From a virus, in the IMG/VR virus record IMGVR_UViG_3300032285_004008: 64,000 nt of DNA. One strand, 5' to 3'. Within the stretch, counting starts at the first letter, position 1, and each line of letters opens with the position of its first letter. Positions 9,122 through 19,640 of this stretch are shown in pieces. The notes under the pieces were generated by a model. The model ran no database searches. It was not told where the DNA came from and worked only from the letters and a program-made list of their open reading frames with translations. Position numbers and translations under genes: made by a program.

Positions 9122-9297
9122 AGCAGCTGCGTCCAGCTACTTTTATTTTATATCATTCTTATAGTCACCGCTACACCAATTCGCGAAATTGGTCCTCCAA
9201 CGTTAGTTCCTTTTGTGGGACGTGGGATATGCTGACTGCAATACATCATCACGGCAGTAGATTATTTTTATATATAAAAATTTTTTTGTCAATTTTG

Positions 9298-9370
9298 CTG
9301 CCCCACCTGGGATCGAACCAGGGACCTGCCGATTAACAGTCGGACGCTCTGCCAGCTGAGCTATAGGGCA
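9298..9370 (-). tRNA. tRNA-Asn(GTT)
   Basis: TGCCCTA/TGGGGCA+G acceptor, anticodon arm CCGA-CTGTTAA-TCGG, T-arm CCTGGTTCGATCCCAGG. Confidence 0.92.
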
Positions 9371-9380
9371 AAAACCTTAT

Positions 9381-9494
9381 TTACTTTTTAGTCACAAGAC
9401 GACGCTTTTCAGCATCCCAAACCTTTGGACGCTTCTTTGAAGCCTTACCGCTAGGTCGATCGCTATTGCGGGCACCTTTTGTCTTTGCTGCCAT
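9381..9494 (-). CDS. Small, very basic 37-aa protein
   Basis: Hand translation MAAKTKGARNSDRPSGKASKKRPKVWDAEKRRLVTKK*; SD GAAGGA; fills the tmRNA to tRNA-Asn gap; below the ORF-track cutoff. Confidence 0.65.
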   Translation of the reverse strand: MAAKTKGARNSDRPSGKASKKRPKVWDAEKRRLVTKK

Positions 9495-9509
9495 TTTGTC
9501 CTTCTTTCG

Positions 9510-9821
9510 TGGAGATGGCGGGAATTGAACCCGCGTCCTAACATATTCTATCTATTCTTCTACAAGCTTAGGCTCTACCAGCCACGGTACTACAAAGGCG
9601 GGATCTTAAGGTCTCCTGCTGCAACCTTTCGGTTGTTCTATTTATTTAAGACCTGACTGCCCAGCTAGAACTACTGCTTTGTCAGGGGCATGAGCTACTA
9701 CTAAGCAGCTAGTGCGAATGTTGAACGTGATTCAGCATTTATTTTTTTGCCCGATCTAAGAGTACGGGCGTCTCTGCTTGCTTCACTAGACGTCAGATGC
9801 CAGTCGAAACCAGTCATCCCC
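9510..9821 (-). ncRNA. ssrA: tmRNA (transfer-messenger RNA)
   Basis: 5' GGGGATGACTGGTTTCGAC, 3' GCGGGTTCAATTCCCGCCATCTCCA; acceptor GGGGATG/CATCTCC with G3:U70; tag ORF 9736-9704 AESRSTFALAA followed by TAG TAG TAG. Confidence 0.93.
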
Positions 9822-9894
9822 TCTATTTAATTGTAAATATATAATAGCACACAAGGGCTCAATAACAACAATAAATACAAGATAGAATCTTTTT

Positions 9895-10569
9895 ATGATT
9901 GAATTTGACAGATTAGAAGAAGTACGTGCTGGTATAGAGAAAGTACGTAATGGTGGATTAGCTGTAGTTTTTAAGAATCTATTTCCTATAGTCCCCACCT
10001 GGGAAGACTTTATAAACCATGCTCAGCTAGAGATTTCCACCCCTCCAGGTAATATCCCTGCTCAGCCATACGAGGAGAGGTTTATTAATGGAGTACTTTT
10101 AAGAAATCTATTCTATTTAATGGTCTCTAATCCAAATGATAAGGTATTCCCTCAGAGTCGTATAGTTAGAGACGTCTTCAACGAACTATTGGAAGACGAG
10201 CTTTGGCCTGTCAGTGCATTTGTTAATTTCCTTGGCGGAGAGAAGCCAATTGCCCCCCACTGCGATATGCGCGAGACTGTTTACTGGCAGTGTCAGGGAA
10301 AAGTGACCTGGAAGATTTATAAGCAAGAAAATATCAACGAAGAGCGTGCCTACGGAATAAAGCCTGATATGGAACTACATCTAGAACCAGGTGATGTAGT
10401 ATTTGTTGGTTTTATGGTAGGCCACTCTGTAGTGACCCTGGGGCCTCGCGCAGCTATTGGATTCCAGCATAAACAAGATGATCGAGGTCGTTTTGATGAA
10501 AGCAATAAGATTATTAAGAAACACTACGAAGATCTTGGAATAGATGTAAATTTCAGTAGAAACTCTTAA
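9895..10569 (+). CDS. JmjC/cupin-4-like 2OG oxygenase
   Basis: HCD...YWQCQG...W...LEPGDVVF....HSV; paralog of 8330..8920 (shared EER.INGV..RNLFYL). Confidence 0.7.
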   Translation: MIEFDRLEEVRAGIEKVRNGGLAVVFKNLFPIVPTWEDFINHAQLEISTPPGNIPAQPYEERFINGVLLRNLFYLMVSNPNDKVFPQSRIVRDVFNELLEDELWPVSAFVNFLGGEKPIAPHCDMRETVYWQCQGKVTWKIYKQENINEERAYGIKPDMELHLEPGDVVFVGFMVGHSVVTLGPRAAIGFQHKQDDRGRFDESNKIIKKHYEDLGIDVNFSRNS

Positions 10570-11678
10570 TTATTTTCTAAAAATTTAATATAAGACTCAG
10601 CGATATGGGTATGCTTATGTATCCCAAAATGAGTTTTATCTATGCCATGAAAATCATCTAAACCTCTAAAAAAATTGTCGCCATATTGAGCTCTAAGCTC
10701 ACTGTGGCAATCGACTATTTCAGATACAGAATCTTTAATATATCGATCTGCATCTTTCTGAAATAAATCTCCTGCTACTTTTTTATCTGGGTTTTTGACC
10801 CAGTTATAAAGATCTAAATTAACTAAATTAGAGTAATTTTGGGGATATTCACTTTTTATATTTGTTAAAAAGAAAAGCATCGCAGGTTCCCATGTAGACC
10901 ATGCAAATTTAATATTATTAGCCCTACAGTATTGGTCCAGCATTAAGATACTTTGAATAGATTGGTAAATAGCTGTATCAGCAGGAATAACATCAATAAC
11001 ATTGTGAGGACGCCTAGAATATTCCGGCGTGTCCCCGGGATTAGGCGCATTATGCAAATGAACTTCGTAGAGTTTACTATCAGTACCAAAACCAGTTACA
11101 GGAGATTTATCATGCGGGTTTCTATAAATTAACTGGTTACTATTTGATGCCAATATCATTCTATAAAAATCAGGAAATAAACAACAAAGAACTTCAGGAT
11201 GTCCATATTTGTCAAAATACGCAAAAATATTTTTAACAATTAGATGAGTAGAGGATCCTTGTTTTGATAGGTTGGCATAGGAAAGATCAAAATGATTAGC
11301 TACCATTGATCCCCAAATTCTGTCTTCAGGAACACCAGTACCAAAAGTATTTGAACATCCTGCATATAGCAATTTAGCCGAACCATCAAATTCTTTAGAC
11401 CTATATCCATCTGAATTATAGACGTACTCATTAGTATTATCTAAAAATATAGGATCACCAGTTTTTTCATCAAACCTTAGAAGTAGTTTATTTTTAATAT
11501 CAATTCCTCTTTTTTCAGCAGTGGAGAGGCTGTTGACATAAAACTCATCTTTTTGCAAAATGGTACTAAAAATTCTATCCCTGGAGCTTTTCGAGTAAGA
11601 GATTTGTTTTTTCCCAGAAATAATTAGTGGCTTAGAGAAATTTCTCCCGGCATCGCTATTATTTTTATCCATATCCAT
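10566..11678 (-). CDS. SGNH/GDSL-hydrolase-like protein
   Basis: GCSNTFG, NLS..GSS and C-terminal HFG...H pattern. Confidence 0.55.
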   Translation of the reverse strand: MDMDKNNSDAGRNFSKPLIISGKKQISYSKSSRDRIFSTILQKDEFYVNSLSTAEKRGIDIKNKLLLRFDEKTGDPIFLDNTNEYVYNSDGYRSKEFDGSAKLLYAGCSNTFGTGVPEDRIWGSMVANHFDLSYANLSKQGSSTHLIVKNIFAYFDKYGHPEVLCCLFPDFYRMILASNSNQLIYRNPHDKSPVTGFGTDSKLYEVHLHNAPNPGDTPEYSRRPHNVIDVIPADTAIYQSIQSILMLDQYCRANNIKFAWSTWEPAMLFFLTNIKSEYPQNYSNLVNLDLYNWVKNPDKKVAGDLFQKDADRYIKDSVSEIVDCHSELRAQYGDNFFRGLDDFHGIDKTHFGIHKHTHIAESYIKFLENN

Positions 11679-11803
11679 ATTGCAAGCTTAATATATGTAG
11701 TTAGTGCTTGATTTATTTTTCTTAAGATATCTACGCTTTTTGATACCAGAGATAACCCGGGAAATACGATATTTAATATATAAAAACATATTAATTAAAT
11801 CTC

Positions 11804-12037
11804 CTATAAAGAAAAATTGCTGTTTGTAGCTCGCCAAACCGATGGAGCATGGTTTTCTTCGACCGCAAGCTTGATGGTAGGGTCTTCATATAGACGCAAG
11901 ATGTGGATACAAGGATCTGACTCTTCAAATTCCGAGTCCTCCTCCGCCGAGGTAGGAAGACCATCATGGGTATAGCAGACAGCTGGACCAACCCACCCTT
12001 GAGTAATTCCTTCTTGCAGCCAAATATCAAAATCCAT
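11804..12037 (-). CDS. Hypothetical protein (Cys/His, possibly metal-binding)
   Basis: Start MDFDIW at 12037 with SD AGGAG; C-x-x-H...PC-x-H residues. Confidence 0.55.
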   Translation of the reverse strand: MDFDIWLQEGITQGWVGPAVCYTHDGLPTSAEEDSEFEESDPCIHILRLYEDPTIKLAVEENHAPSVWRATNSNFSL

Positions 12038-12101
12038 TTGCTCTCCTAAAATTAAACCCTCCACCTATAATAAGGCAGAGGGTCTAATTTTTCAAATCTA
12101 A

Positions 12102-12386
12102 TTACTGATATTTTTCCTCTTCAGGAACGGTTTCACCAAGTCCATCAGCAGTTCCCTTAGGATCTTTGATGTTGAAGGCAGCATTGATCTCATCTTCGGT
12201 CAACTTACCATCATCAATAAAGGCACGAGCTAGACGCTCAACAACAGCTGCAACAGCACCAGCACCAGCCATAAGGGCAGACTGAGCAATGCTAACGCCA
12301 ACAATCGATCCAGTACCGATGGTAGCTAGAGCGGTGGCAATAAATACCGCAATGATGCGGTATAGGATGTCTAATACAATTTTCAT
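12102..12386 (-). CDS. Membrane protein (holin-like)
   Basis: Two hydrophobic helices, acidic C-terminal tail. Confidence 0.5.
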   Translation of the reverse strand: MKIVLDILYRIIAVFIATALATIGTGSIVGVSIAQSALMAGAGAVAAVVERLARAFIDDGKLTEDEINAAFNIKDPKGTADGLGETVPEEEKYQ

Positions 12387-12453
12387 AGTTCTCCCAGGAG
12401 TAGAGGTTAGTTATATAAGCCTCTCTCCCAAGGGCTATGCATTTATTGTACCA

Positions 12454-12759
12454 TTATTGTCTATTTTTGACTTTACCATTGCGGAGCATACGGCGTCTGT
12501 CCCCCTGGGTAGTACCTCCCCAGATCCCCTGGGTATCTGGATTCTTTAAGGCATATGCCAAGCATTGTAGAGTAAAGGGGCAACTAGCGCATATAGCCTT
12601 AGCCTCCCGCTCATTAGAGTAAAACTCAAACCTAGTTATAGTACCCTCTAAGTGGTCAACGGGAAAGAAGATATCTGGATCAATCTCAGCGCATAAAGGA
12701 ATGCCATCATCTATAAAATCTGGAAAACCCTCTAGATATCCAATACCGTTAAAATCCAT
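12454..12759 (-). CDS. whiB: WhiB-family Fe-S transcription factor
   Basis: C..DPDIFFP...AKAICASCP....C...AL.....GIWGGTT. Confidence 0.9.
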   Translation of the reverse strand: MDFNGIGYLEGFPDFIDDGIPLCAEIDPDIFFPVDHLEGTITRFEFYSNEREAKAICASCPFTLQCLAYALKNPDTQGIWGGTTQGDRRRMLRNGKVKNRQ

Positions 12760-12781
12760 CCTAGGCCTTCCTAATACATAT

Positions 12782-12967
12782 TTACTTATTCGTATGCTGA
12801 AATCCAGATCCCTTAAAAGTTATCGGTGGAGCACTGAATACTCTCAATAGTTTACCTTCACAACCCTCTTCAATGCAAGTTGTTCTAGTGGAAGATTCGG
12901 TAATGCTCCTGATTTCCACATACCTGTGCTCAGGATTGATATCACATTTAAATTCATAAGTAGGCAT
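12782..12967 (-). CDS. FmdB-family zinc ribbon protein
   Basis: MPTYEFKC...C...C...RVFSAPPITFKGSGF. Confidence 0.8.
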   Translation of the reverse strand: MPTYEFKCDINPEHRYVEIRSITESSTRTTCIEEGCEGKLLRVFSAPPITFKGSGFQHTNK

Positions 12968-12985
12968 ATATCAATCCTATAGGGT

Positions 12986-13015
12986 AAAAGAAAACCCCTC
13001 CGAAGAGGGGCTTTC
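12986..13015 (-). terminator. Rho-independent terminator after nrdF
   Basis: GAAAGCCCCTC-TTCG-GAGGGGTTTTC followed by T-tract. Confidence 0.8.
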
Positions 13016-13024
13016 AACTTAGAA

Positions 13025-13996
<972 letters not shown>

Positions 13997-16114
13997 TTAT
14001 AGCATGCAAGAAACGCAACCCTCGACGTCAGTGCCGTCAAGAGCCATCTGGCGGATACGAATGTAATAAATAGTTTTAATGCCCTTCTTCCATGCATAAA
14101 TCTGGGCTCGGTTGACATCGCGAGTGGTTGCGGTGTCCTTGAAGAACAAGGTCAGCGACAGGCCTTGGTCGACGTGCTGGGTGGCAGCCGCGTAGGTGTC
14201 GATGATCTTCTCAGGGCCGATCTCATAGGCATCATCGTAATACTCAAGATTCTCATTAGTTAAGTAAGGAGCTGGGTAGTAAACACGACCAAGCTTTCCT
14301 TCTTTACGAATTTCAATCTTTGAAGCAATTGGGTGGATCGACGAGGTCGAGTTGTTGATGTACGAGATTGAACCGGTAGGAGGCACAGCCTGGAGGTTCT
14401 GGTTGTAGATACCAAAAGCCTGTACAGACTCTGAAAGCTCTTCCCAATCCCTTTGAGTAGGAATATTGATACCAGCATTCTTAAAGATATTTGCTACCTT
14501 CTCGGTCTGAGGCTTCCATTCCTGATCAATATACTTCTTAAAGAACTCACCTGAAGCATACTTTGACTTCTCAAAGTTATGGAACCATTCGCGCTTTTCA
14601 ATAGCAATCTTGTTAGATGCCTTTAGTGCGTGGAACAAAACGGTGTAGAAGTAAATGTTGGTGAAGTCGATACCTTCTTCTGAGCCATAGTGGATACGCT
14701 CCTTACCTAGATACCCATGCAGGTTCATCTGACCAAGACCAATCGCGTGGGCACGCTTATTGCCTTCAGCAATAGATGGAACAGACTCGATGTAGCTGAG
14801 GTCAGATACAGCAGTCAAAGCACGTACAGCAGTCTCGATGGTCTTACTAAAGTCCTTAGACTCCATAGCCTTAGCAATGTTTAGAGATGCAAGGTTGCAA
14901 GAAATATCACTACCAATCTCCTCATAACCCAAATCAGCCTTAAATGTAGATGGAGTATTGACCTGGAGGATCTCCGAGCAGAGGTTCGACATGTTGATGC
15001 GACCCTCGATTGGATTTGCGTTGTTCACGGTGTCCTCATACATAATGTATGGGTAGCCCGACTCAAACTGAAGCTCAGCGATACGCTCGAATAGTACACG
15101 TGCCTTGATCTTGGTCTTCTTGATGCGAGCATCGTCAACCATTTCCTGATACTTCTCAGTTACAGAGATGTCGCCAAACGGAACACCGTACACACTCTCA
15201 ACGTCGTATGGCGAGAATAGGTACATATCAGCATTCTCTTTTGCTAATTCAAGCGTAATATCCGGAATTACGATACCAATAGATAGAGTCTTAATACGAG
15301 TTTTCTCATCGGCATTCTCACGCTTAGTGTCTAAGAAACGAAGAATATCTGGGTGGTGAGCATTCAGGTAAACCGCACCAGCACCCTGACGAGCGCCAAG
15401 CTGATTTGCATAACTAAAAGCATCCTCTAGAAGTTTCATGACAGGAATAATTCCAGATGACTGATTCTCTATTTTTTTAATAGGAGCACCAAGCTCACGT
15501 AGGTTACTTAGATTAAGTGCAACACCACCACCACGCTTTGAAAGCTGTAGCGCCGAGTTGATGCCTCGAGAAATTGACTCCATGTTGTCTTCGATGCGCA
15601 GTAGGAAGCATGAAACAAATTCGCCACGCTGCTTCTTGCCAGAGTTCAAGAAGGTTGGAGTAGCAGGCTGGAAACGACCAGAAATAATCTCATCAATAAT
15701 ATTTAGAACTTGAGCCTCATCACCGCATGCAAGAGTCAAAGCATTCATAACTACACGGTCTTCAAAACGCTCCAGGTAGCGAGTGCCGTCGAAGGTCTTC
15801 AGTGCGTACGAGGTATAGAACTTGTAAGCACCAAGAAAAGCATCAAAACGGAACTTATAAGCATAGGCAGCCTGGAAGGCAGACTTAATAAACTCAGGAG
15901 AATACTGATTTAGTACTTCTGATTCATAATAGTCGTGCTCTACTAGATAGGCTAGTTTTTCTTCAAGCGTGTGGAAAAACACGGTATTTTGATTTACATG
16001 ATCTAAAAAATAGGCACGAGCAGCTTCTTTATCCTTATCGAACTGAATCTTACCCTCTGAATCGTAAAGATTCAGCATTGCATTCAGTTCGTGGTAGCTG
16101 TATTTGTTTTCCAT
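13997..16114 (-). CDS. nrdE: Class Ib ribonucleotide reductase alpha subunit
   Basis: [31 protein letters not shown]-terminal CVSCML. Confidence 0.96.
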   Translation of the reverse strand: MENKYSYHELNAMLNLYDSEGKIQFDKDKEAARAYFLDHVNQNTVFFHTLEEKLAYLVEHDYYESEVLNQYSPEFIKSAFQAAYAYKFRFDAFLGAYKFYTSYALKTFDGTRYLERFEDRVVMNALTLACGDEAQVLNIIDEIISGRFQPATPTFLNSGKKQRGEFVSCFLLRIEDNMESISRGINSALQLSKRGGGVALNLSNLRELGAPIKKIENQSSGIIPVMKLLEDAFSYANQLGARQGAGAVYLNAHHPDILRFLDTKRENADEKTRIKTLSIGIVIPDITLELAKENADMYLFSPYDVESVYGVPFGDISVTEKYQEMVDDARIKKTKIKARVLFERIAELQFESGYPYIMYEDTVNNANPIEGRINMSNLCSEILQVNTPSTFKADLGYEEIGSDISCNLASLNIAKAMESKDFSKTIETAVRALTAVSDLSYIESVPSIAEGNKRAHAIGLGQMNLHGYLGKERIHYGSEEGIDFTNIYFYTVLFHALKASNKIAIEKREWFHNFEKSKYASGEFFKKYIDQEWKPQTEKVANIFKNAGINIPTQRDWEELSESVQAFGIYNQNLQAVPPTGSISYINNSTSSIHPIASKIEIRKEGKLGRVYYPAPYLTNENLEYYDDAYEIGPEKIIDTYAAATQHVDQGLSLTLFFKDTATTRDVNRAQIYAWKKGIKTIYYIRIRQMALDGTDVEGCVSCML

Positions 16115-16509
16115 AGCTGCTCTAGCCTCTCGGTAATTTGTTCGATATCTTCTGGCGTTCCTAATATTTCTGCACGATATAGCAACGGAACGCCCGTCTT
16201 AGCTACAACGACATCCGCGGCTAAGCAATAGTGTTCACCAAAATTGGTGTTACCAGTACCGATTACCCCGCGAATAAGGTCTCTATTTTGTTGCAAATTT
16301 AAAAATTTAACTACTTGACGTGGAACTGCTTTTTCATACTCTCCACCACCATATGTAGGAAGAATTAAAACATATTCACGTTCGGTAAGCAGAGGTTTTT
16401 CTGCGTCCCATTTGAGGGGGATCTGTACAAGAGTTGTTAGAGAAGAAAATTTCTCTGCAAATCGTTTTGTATTCCCGGAGGCGCTAGAGAAATAGACGAT
16501 GTCGTACAT
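16084..16509 (-). CDS. nrdI: Flavodoxin NrdI
   Basis: [21 protein letters not shown]. Confidence 0.93.
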   Translation of the reverse strand: MYDIVYFSSASGNTKRFAEKFSSLTTLVQIPLKWDAEKPLLTEREYVLILPTYGGGEYEKAVPRQVVKFLNLQQNRDLIRGVIGTGNTNFGEHYCLAADVVVAKTGVPLLYRAEILGTPEDIEQITERLEQLWKTNTATTN

Positions 16510-16524
16510 AACATCAGCCTACTA

Positions 16525-16752
16525 CTAGTTGGTTGATAAAGCGCCTAGTTTGTCAGGACGGAAGCCTGACCAGTGGTCGTCGCCAGCGAATACAATAGGG
16601 GCAGCCTGATACCCAAGAGTCTTAACCATCTCATACGCAGTCTCATCTTGACTAAGGTCGACAACAGAATATTCAATGTTATTTTTATCTAGAACCTTTT
16701 TAGTACTCTCGCACTGGACGCAAGATGGGAGTGTATAAACGGTTACAGACAT
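16525..16752 (-). CDS. nrdH: Glutaredoxin-like NrdH
   Basis: CVQC and WSGFRPD. Confidence 0.93.
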   Translation of the reverse strand: MSVTVYTLPSCVQCESTKKVLDKNNIEYSVVDLSQDETAYEMVKTLGYQAAPIVFAGDDHWSGFRPDKLGALSTN

Positions 16753-16871
16753 AGCATGGGCCTTTCAGGCATCGAATTATAAGCCAAAACCTGACGATTT
16801 ATCCAAAAATATCTGGTTCGTCAGGAGGTGGATTACTAGTATAAATCAAAAATTGACTAGCGATTTTTTCA

Positions 16872-17102
16872 CTAAAAGAATGATACTTCTTCTACTATTT
16901 CTTTGCAAATCGGGCATATTTTTAATCGCTCAGGATTTTTTGAAGGTATAAAAATTTTTCCACATAGTGCTTGAACAGGAGTCCCCATAACATAGCCCTC
17001 TGTAACAGAGGCAGCTTCAGCATAGTGAGCAAGTTCATTATTATCATTCGAATCAGTTTGCTGATTTAGATCAGTATCTATTAGATCTAAAACCTGAGTC
17101 AT
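16872..17102 (-). CDS. DUF3039-like protein (actinobacterial)
   Basis: HY......EG.V.G.PV.ALCGK.F.P.......CP.CK pattern. Confidence 0.75.
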   Translation of the reverse strand: MTQVLDLIDTDLNQQTDSNDNNELAHYAEAASVTEGYVMGTPVQALCGKIFIPSKNPERLKICPICKEIVEEVSFF

Positions 17103-18052
17103 ACTTCCTCCAATAAATTCATTACAGTAGATTTAGGAATTATAGCTAGGTGACTGCTTAAATCATTAATCCCATAAGAAATAATAAAGTCATTATCTTT
17201 TTCAACTAATCCAGCTGCAAACTCAATGCCACTAATCTCAAACTGAAACTCGGGGGTGAGAGAAATAATATCCCCCATGGAGTTATATCTAACAAATTGG
17301 TGAGTATAAAATTTCTGTTTACCTGCTTGCACAGCGAAAGTTCTAATGCTTTGATACGTGACATTTTTTATATATAGCATATGAACTACAGCTAGATAGG
17401 TACCATCACCAAGATCATGTAAGTTAGTGTTGCCTCTAAGGCCACTTAATTTTTTATTTGAATTAAATTTATTTATAAGAATGTTTTCTTTAATAATCCC
17501 AGTTGGACCATAAATATAGTCAAAATTTGGATTGGGTTCGTAAGGTGCCATCCAATTTTTCTCTGGTTTAGCATACTCCGGACCATCATATTTTTTTACT
17601 AAAGTAGCTAGATTACTTTTATGGTCATACCTGTATAAAGCCACGCGAGCAACCGGGGTGTGGGACTTTTCCATCATAATTCCAGTAAAGTGCCAAGATC
17701 CATCTCTCCAAAAAAGCTTGGCATCTTCAATCCCACGTTCTAACTTATAGTCAGATTTTTCAAATTCAATTTGACGCAGGTTCTGTATATTTAAATCTTT
17801 ATCTAGTTCAGCAAACCAAACTTGATTTTTAATCTCTCCCTGATTAGTTACCTCTAGATAGCCAGTATCTAGGTAGATAACATAATTACTAGAACGAATA
17901 GTCAAGGCATACCCTTCTACTGGAGAGTATGCAATCGAAGGGTTAAAGGCAGACCATGTTTTTATCTCTGGATCTACTAATCTACGTATTTGTCTAGTAG
18001 TTCCACCTAATTTTTTAATATTAGGGTATGATTGTTTGATTTTATTTTTCAT
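17099..18052 (-). CDS. Beta-propeller glycoside hydrolase/phosphorylase-like protein (GH130-like)
   Basis: FNPSI, GIEDAKLF, EKNW and IEFAAGL motifs. Confidence 0.55.
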   Translation of the reverse strand: MKNKIKQSYPNIKKLGGTTRQIRRLVDPEIKTWSAFNPSIAYSPVEGYALTIRSSNYVIYLDTGYLEVTNQGEIKNQVWFAELDKDLNIQNLRQIEFEKSDYKLERGIEDAKLFWRDGSWHFTGIMMEKSHTPVARVALYRYDHKSNLATLVKKYDGPEYAKPEKNWMAPYEPNPNFDYIYGPTGIIKENILINKFNSNKKLSGLRGNTNLHDLGDGTYLAVVHMLYIKNVTYQSIRTFAVQAGKQKFYTHQFVRYNSMGDIISLTPEFQFEISGIEFAAGLVEKDNDFIISYGINDLSSHLAIIPKSTVMNLLEEV

Positions 18053-18858
18053 ACGTAAAGCACCGATGGATAACGATCTATAACTTTAGAAATTTTTTTT
18101 GCAACTACAAATAAATTATCTCCCATATCAGCCAAGTTTAAATCATATCCAGCAGCCTTTAAACGCTCTAGATCTTCCAGCACGGGCTTTTCAAAGGTAT
18201 TCTCGGTCCAAATATCAACTTGAAATCCAGCAGCTTCTAGAACTGTTTTAAGGGTTCTTTTACTGTATTCATAGTTGTGACGATATCGACTACCATCCTT
18301 ATGGTATTGCATATAGAAATAGGGCTCATACCCCCTGAGAATCTTCCAAACCCCCTGAGTACTACAAACATTTGGCGTAGTTAAAACTAAGACTCCACCC
18401 TCTTTTAGAACTCTATTAATTTCTGAAAGCATATACATAGGGTCAGAATCTAAATGCTCTAATACCTCAGAGCACAACACGGAATCGTAAAAAGAATCTT
18501 CAATAGGTAAGGGCATGGTCTCAAGGTCTACAGCCATATAGTTAGTTTCGATACTGAAGGTACCCAAAGATAGTGGCATAGTCCCAGTAGTTGGCATATC
18601 TAAATCAAAATGGGTCACATCCACTTGTAAGCCAGGGATTAGATTATTTAAGGCTAACGGAATAATTGAGCTAGTCCCCATTTCTAGCATTTTACTTCCA
18701 AGATTCTGATTTAACAAAACCTCTAAAGTCTTGCTATAGCGTACCTCATGAGAGGCGTGATATTCTTCATCAGAACCATATTTAGAATCTTGTTTTAAAA
18801 GTATTTTTAAAACACTAGAAACATGCTCTCTTACCCCAACATCTTGTGGTGAATTCAT
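18049..18858 (-). CDS. Class I SAM-dependent methyltransferase
   Basis: LEMG motif I, YDSVLCSEVLEHL, RVLKEGGVLVLTTPN. Confidence 0.85.
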   Translation of the reverse strand: MNSPQDVGVREHVSSVLKILLKQDSKYGSDEEYHASHEVRYSKTLEVLLNQNLGSKMLEMGTSSIIPLALNNLIPGLQVDVTHFDLDMPTTGTMPLSLGTFSIETNYMAVDLETMPLPIEDSFYDSVLCSEVLEHLDSDPMYMLSEINRVLKEGGVLVLTTPNVCSTQGVWKILRGYEPYFYMQYHKDGSRYRHNYEYSKRTLKTVLEAAGFQVDIWTENTFEKPVLEDLERLKAAGYDLNLADMGDNLFVVAKKISKVIDRYPSVLYV

Positions 18859-18950
18859 CTATAATCCCTAAATATGCCGCTAAGAGGCCCATCTTACCAT
18901 ACTGCAAATGATGTAAAATAAGTATTGACTGTATCTCCCGAAAGTGCGTA

Positions 18951-19313
18951 ATGAGTACACCTGCTGGTCTTTATAACATCATAGCCGATCAGGGCTCTAC
19001 TTTTTCACGCACAATCGTATGGCGAGATCCAGCCAAAAAACCAATCCTGATGGAAGGCTACAAAGCCCGAATGCATGTCAGAAAATCAGTGGATGACGCC
19101 GATACAGTCCTCGTACTCACTACTGAAAACGGTAGAATTAGCCTGCACCGAACCAATGGTCAGATTACTTTAACTGTAGATGACAGCATAATGGCTGATA
19201 TTCCTGAAGACAAGTACGTATATGACCTAGAGCTCATCGGCCCTAGTGCAAACCTGTACGTATACAAACTACTAACAGGCAACTTTGTTGTCCGAGCAGA
19301 GGTGACTAGATAA
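18951..19313 (+). CDS. Virion adaptor-like protein (BppU-N-like); first gene of fibre cassette 1
   Basis: DQGSTF...LTTENGRI...YVYDLEL...G.F.VR.EVT; paralog of 39387..39752. Confidence 0.6.
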   Translation: MSTPAGLYNIIADQGSTFSRTIVWRDPAKKPILMEGYKARMHVRKSVDDADTVLVLTTENGRISLHRTNGQITLTVDDSIMADIPEDKYVYDLELIGPSANLYVYKLLTGNFVVRAEVTR

Positions 19314-19630
19314 TGGCCGGAGACGTCCCAAGTAGTGTTGCTACTGGTAAATATGTCCGTCAAATTGTAGTAACCGCCCCCGGACCTCAAGGCCCTGGCG
19401 GAGTTGACGGAATTCAAGCCAGTCAAATTGTAGATTTGGTTTCATACAAGCACACCCAAAACAGCCCACTAGCTGTCTGGACAGTAGTTCATAACTTAAA
19501 CTTCTTCCCGAACGTCACCGTTTTTGATAGCGGAGAGTCTCAGGTAGAGGGATCAGTGACACATATCGACGAAACCCGCTTAACTATATCTTTTTCATCA
19601 GCAATTGCTGGAAAAGCTCATCTCTCATAA
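19313..19630 (+). CDS. Small virion structural protein
   Basis: Short GPQGPGG stretch and WTVVHNL..FP.V domain shared with the C-terminus of 19641. Confidence 0.6.
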   Translation: MAGDVPSSVATGKYVRQIVVTAPGPQGPGGVDGIQASQIVDLVSYKHTQNSPLAVWTVVHNLNFFPNVTVFDSGESQVEGSVTHIDETRLTISFSSAIAGKAHLS

Positions 19631-19640
19631 GGAAAATTAA

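Noticed and set aside
9695-9703. Amber stop reassignment suggested by the triple TAG
   Set aside because: Conserved genes (nrdF, nrdH, dut) end at a single TAG at expected lengths; no suppressor tRNA seen.
9109-9998. ORFs 9109..9336 (+) and 9786..9998 (-)
   Set aside because: They overlap tRNA/tmRNA genes or a better opposite-strand gene and have no recognisable motifs.
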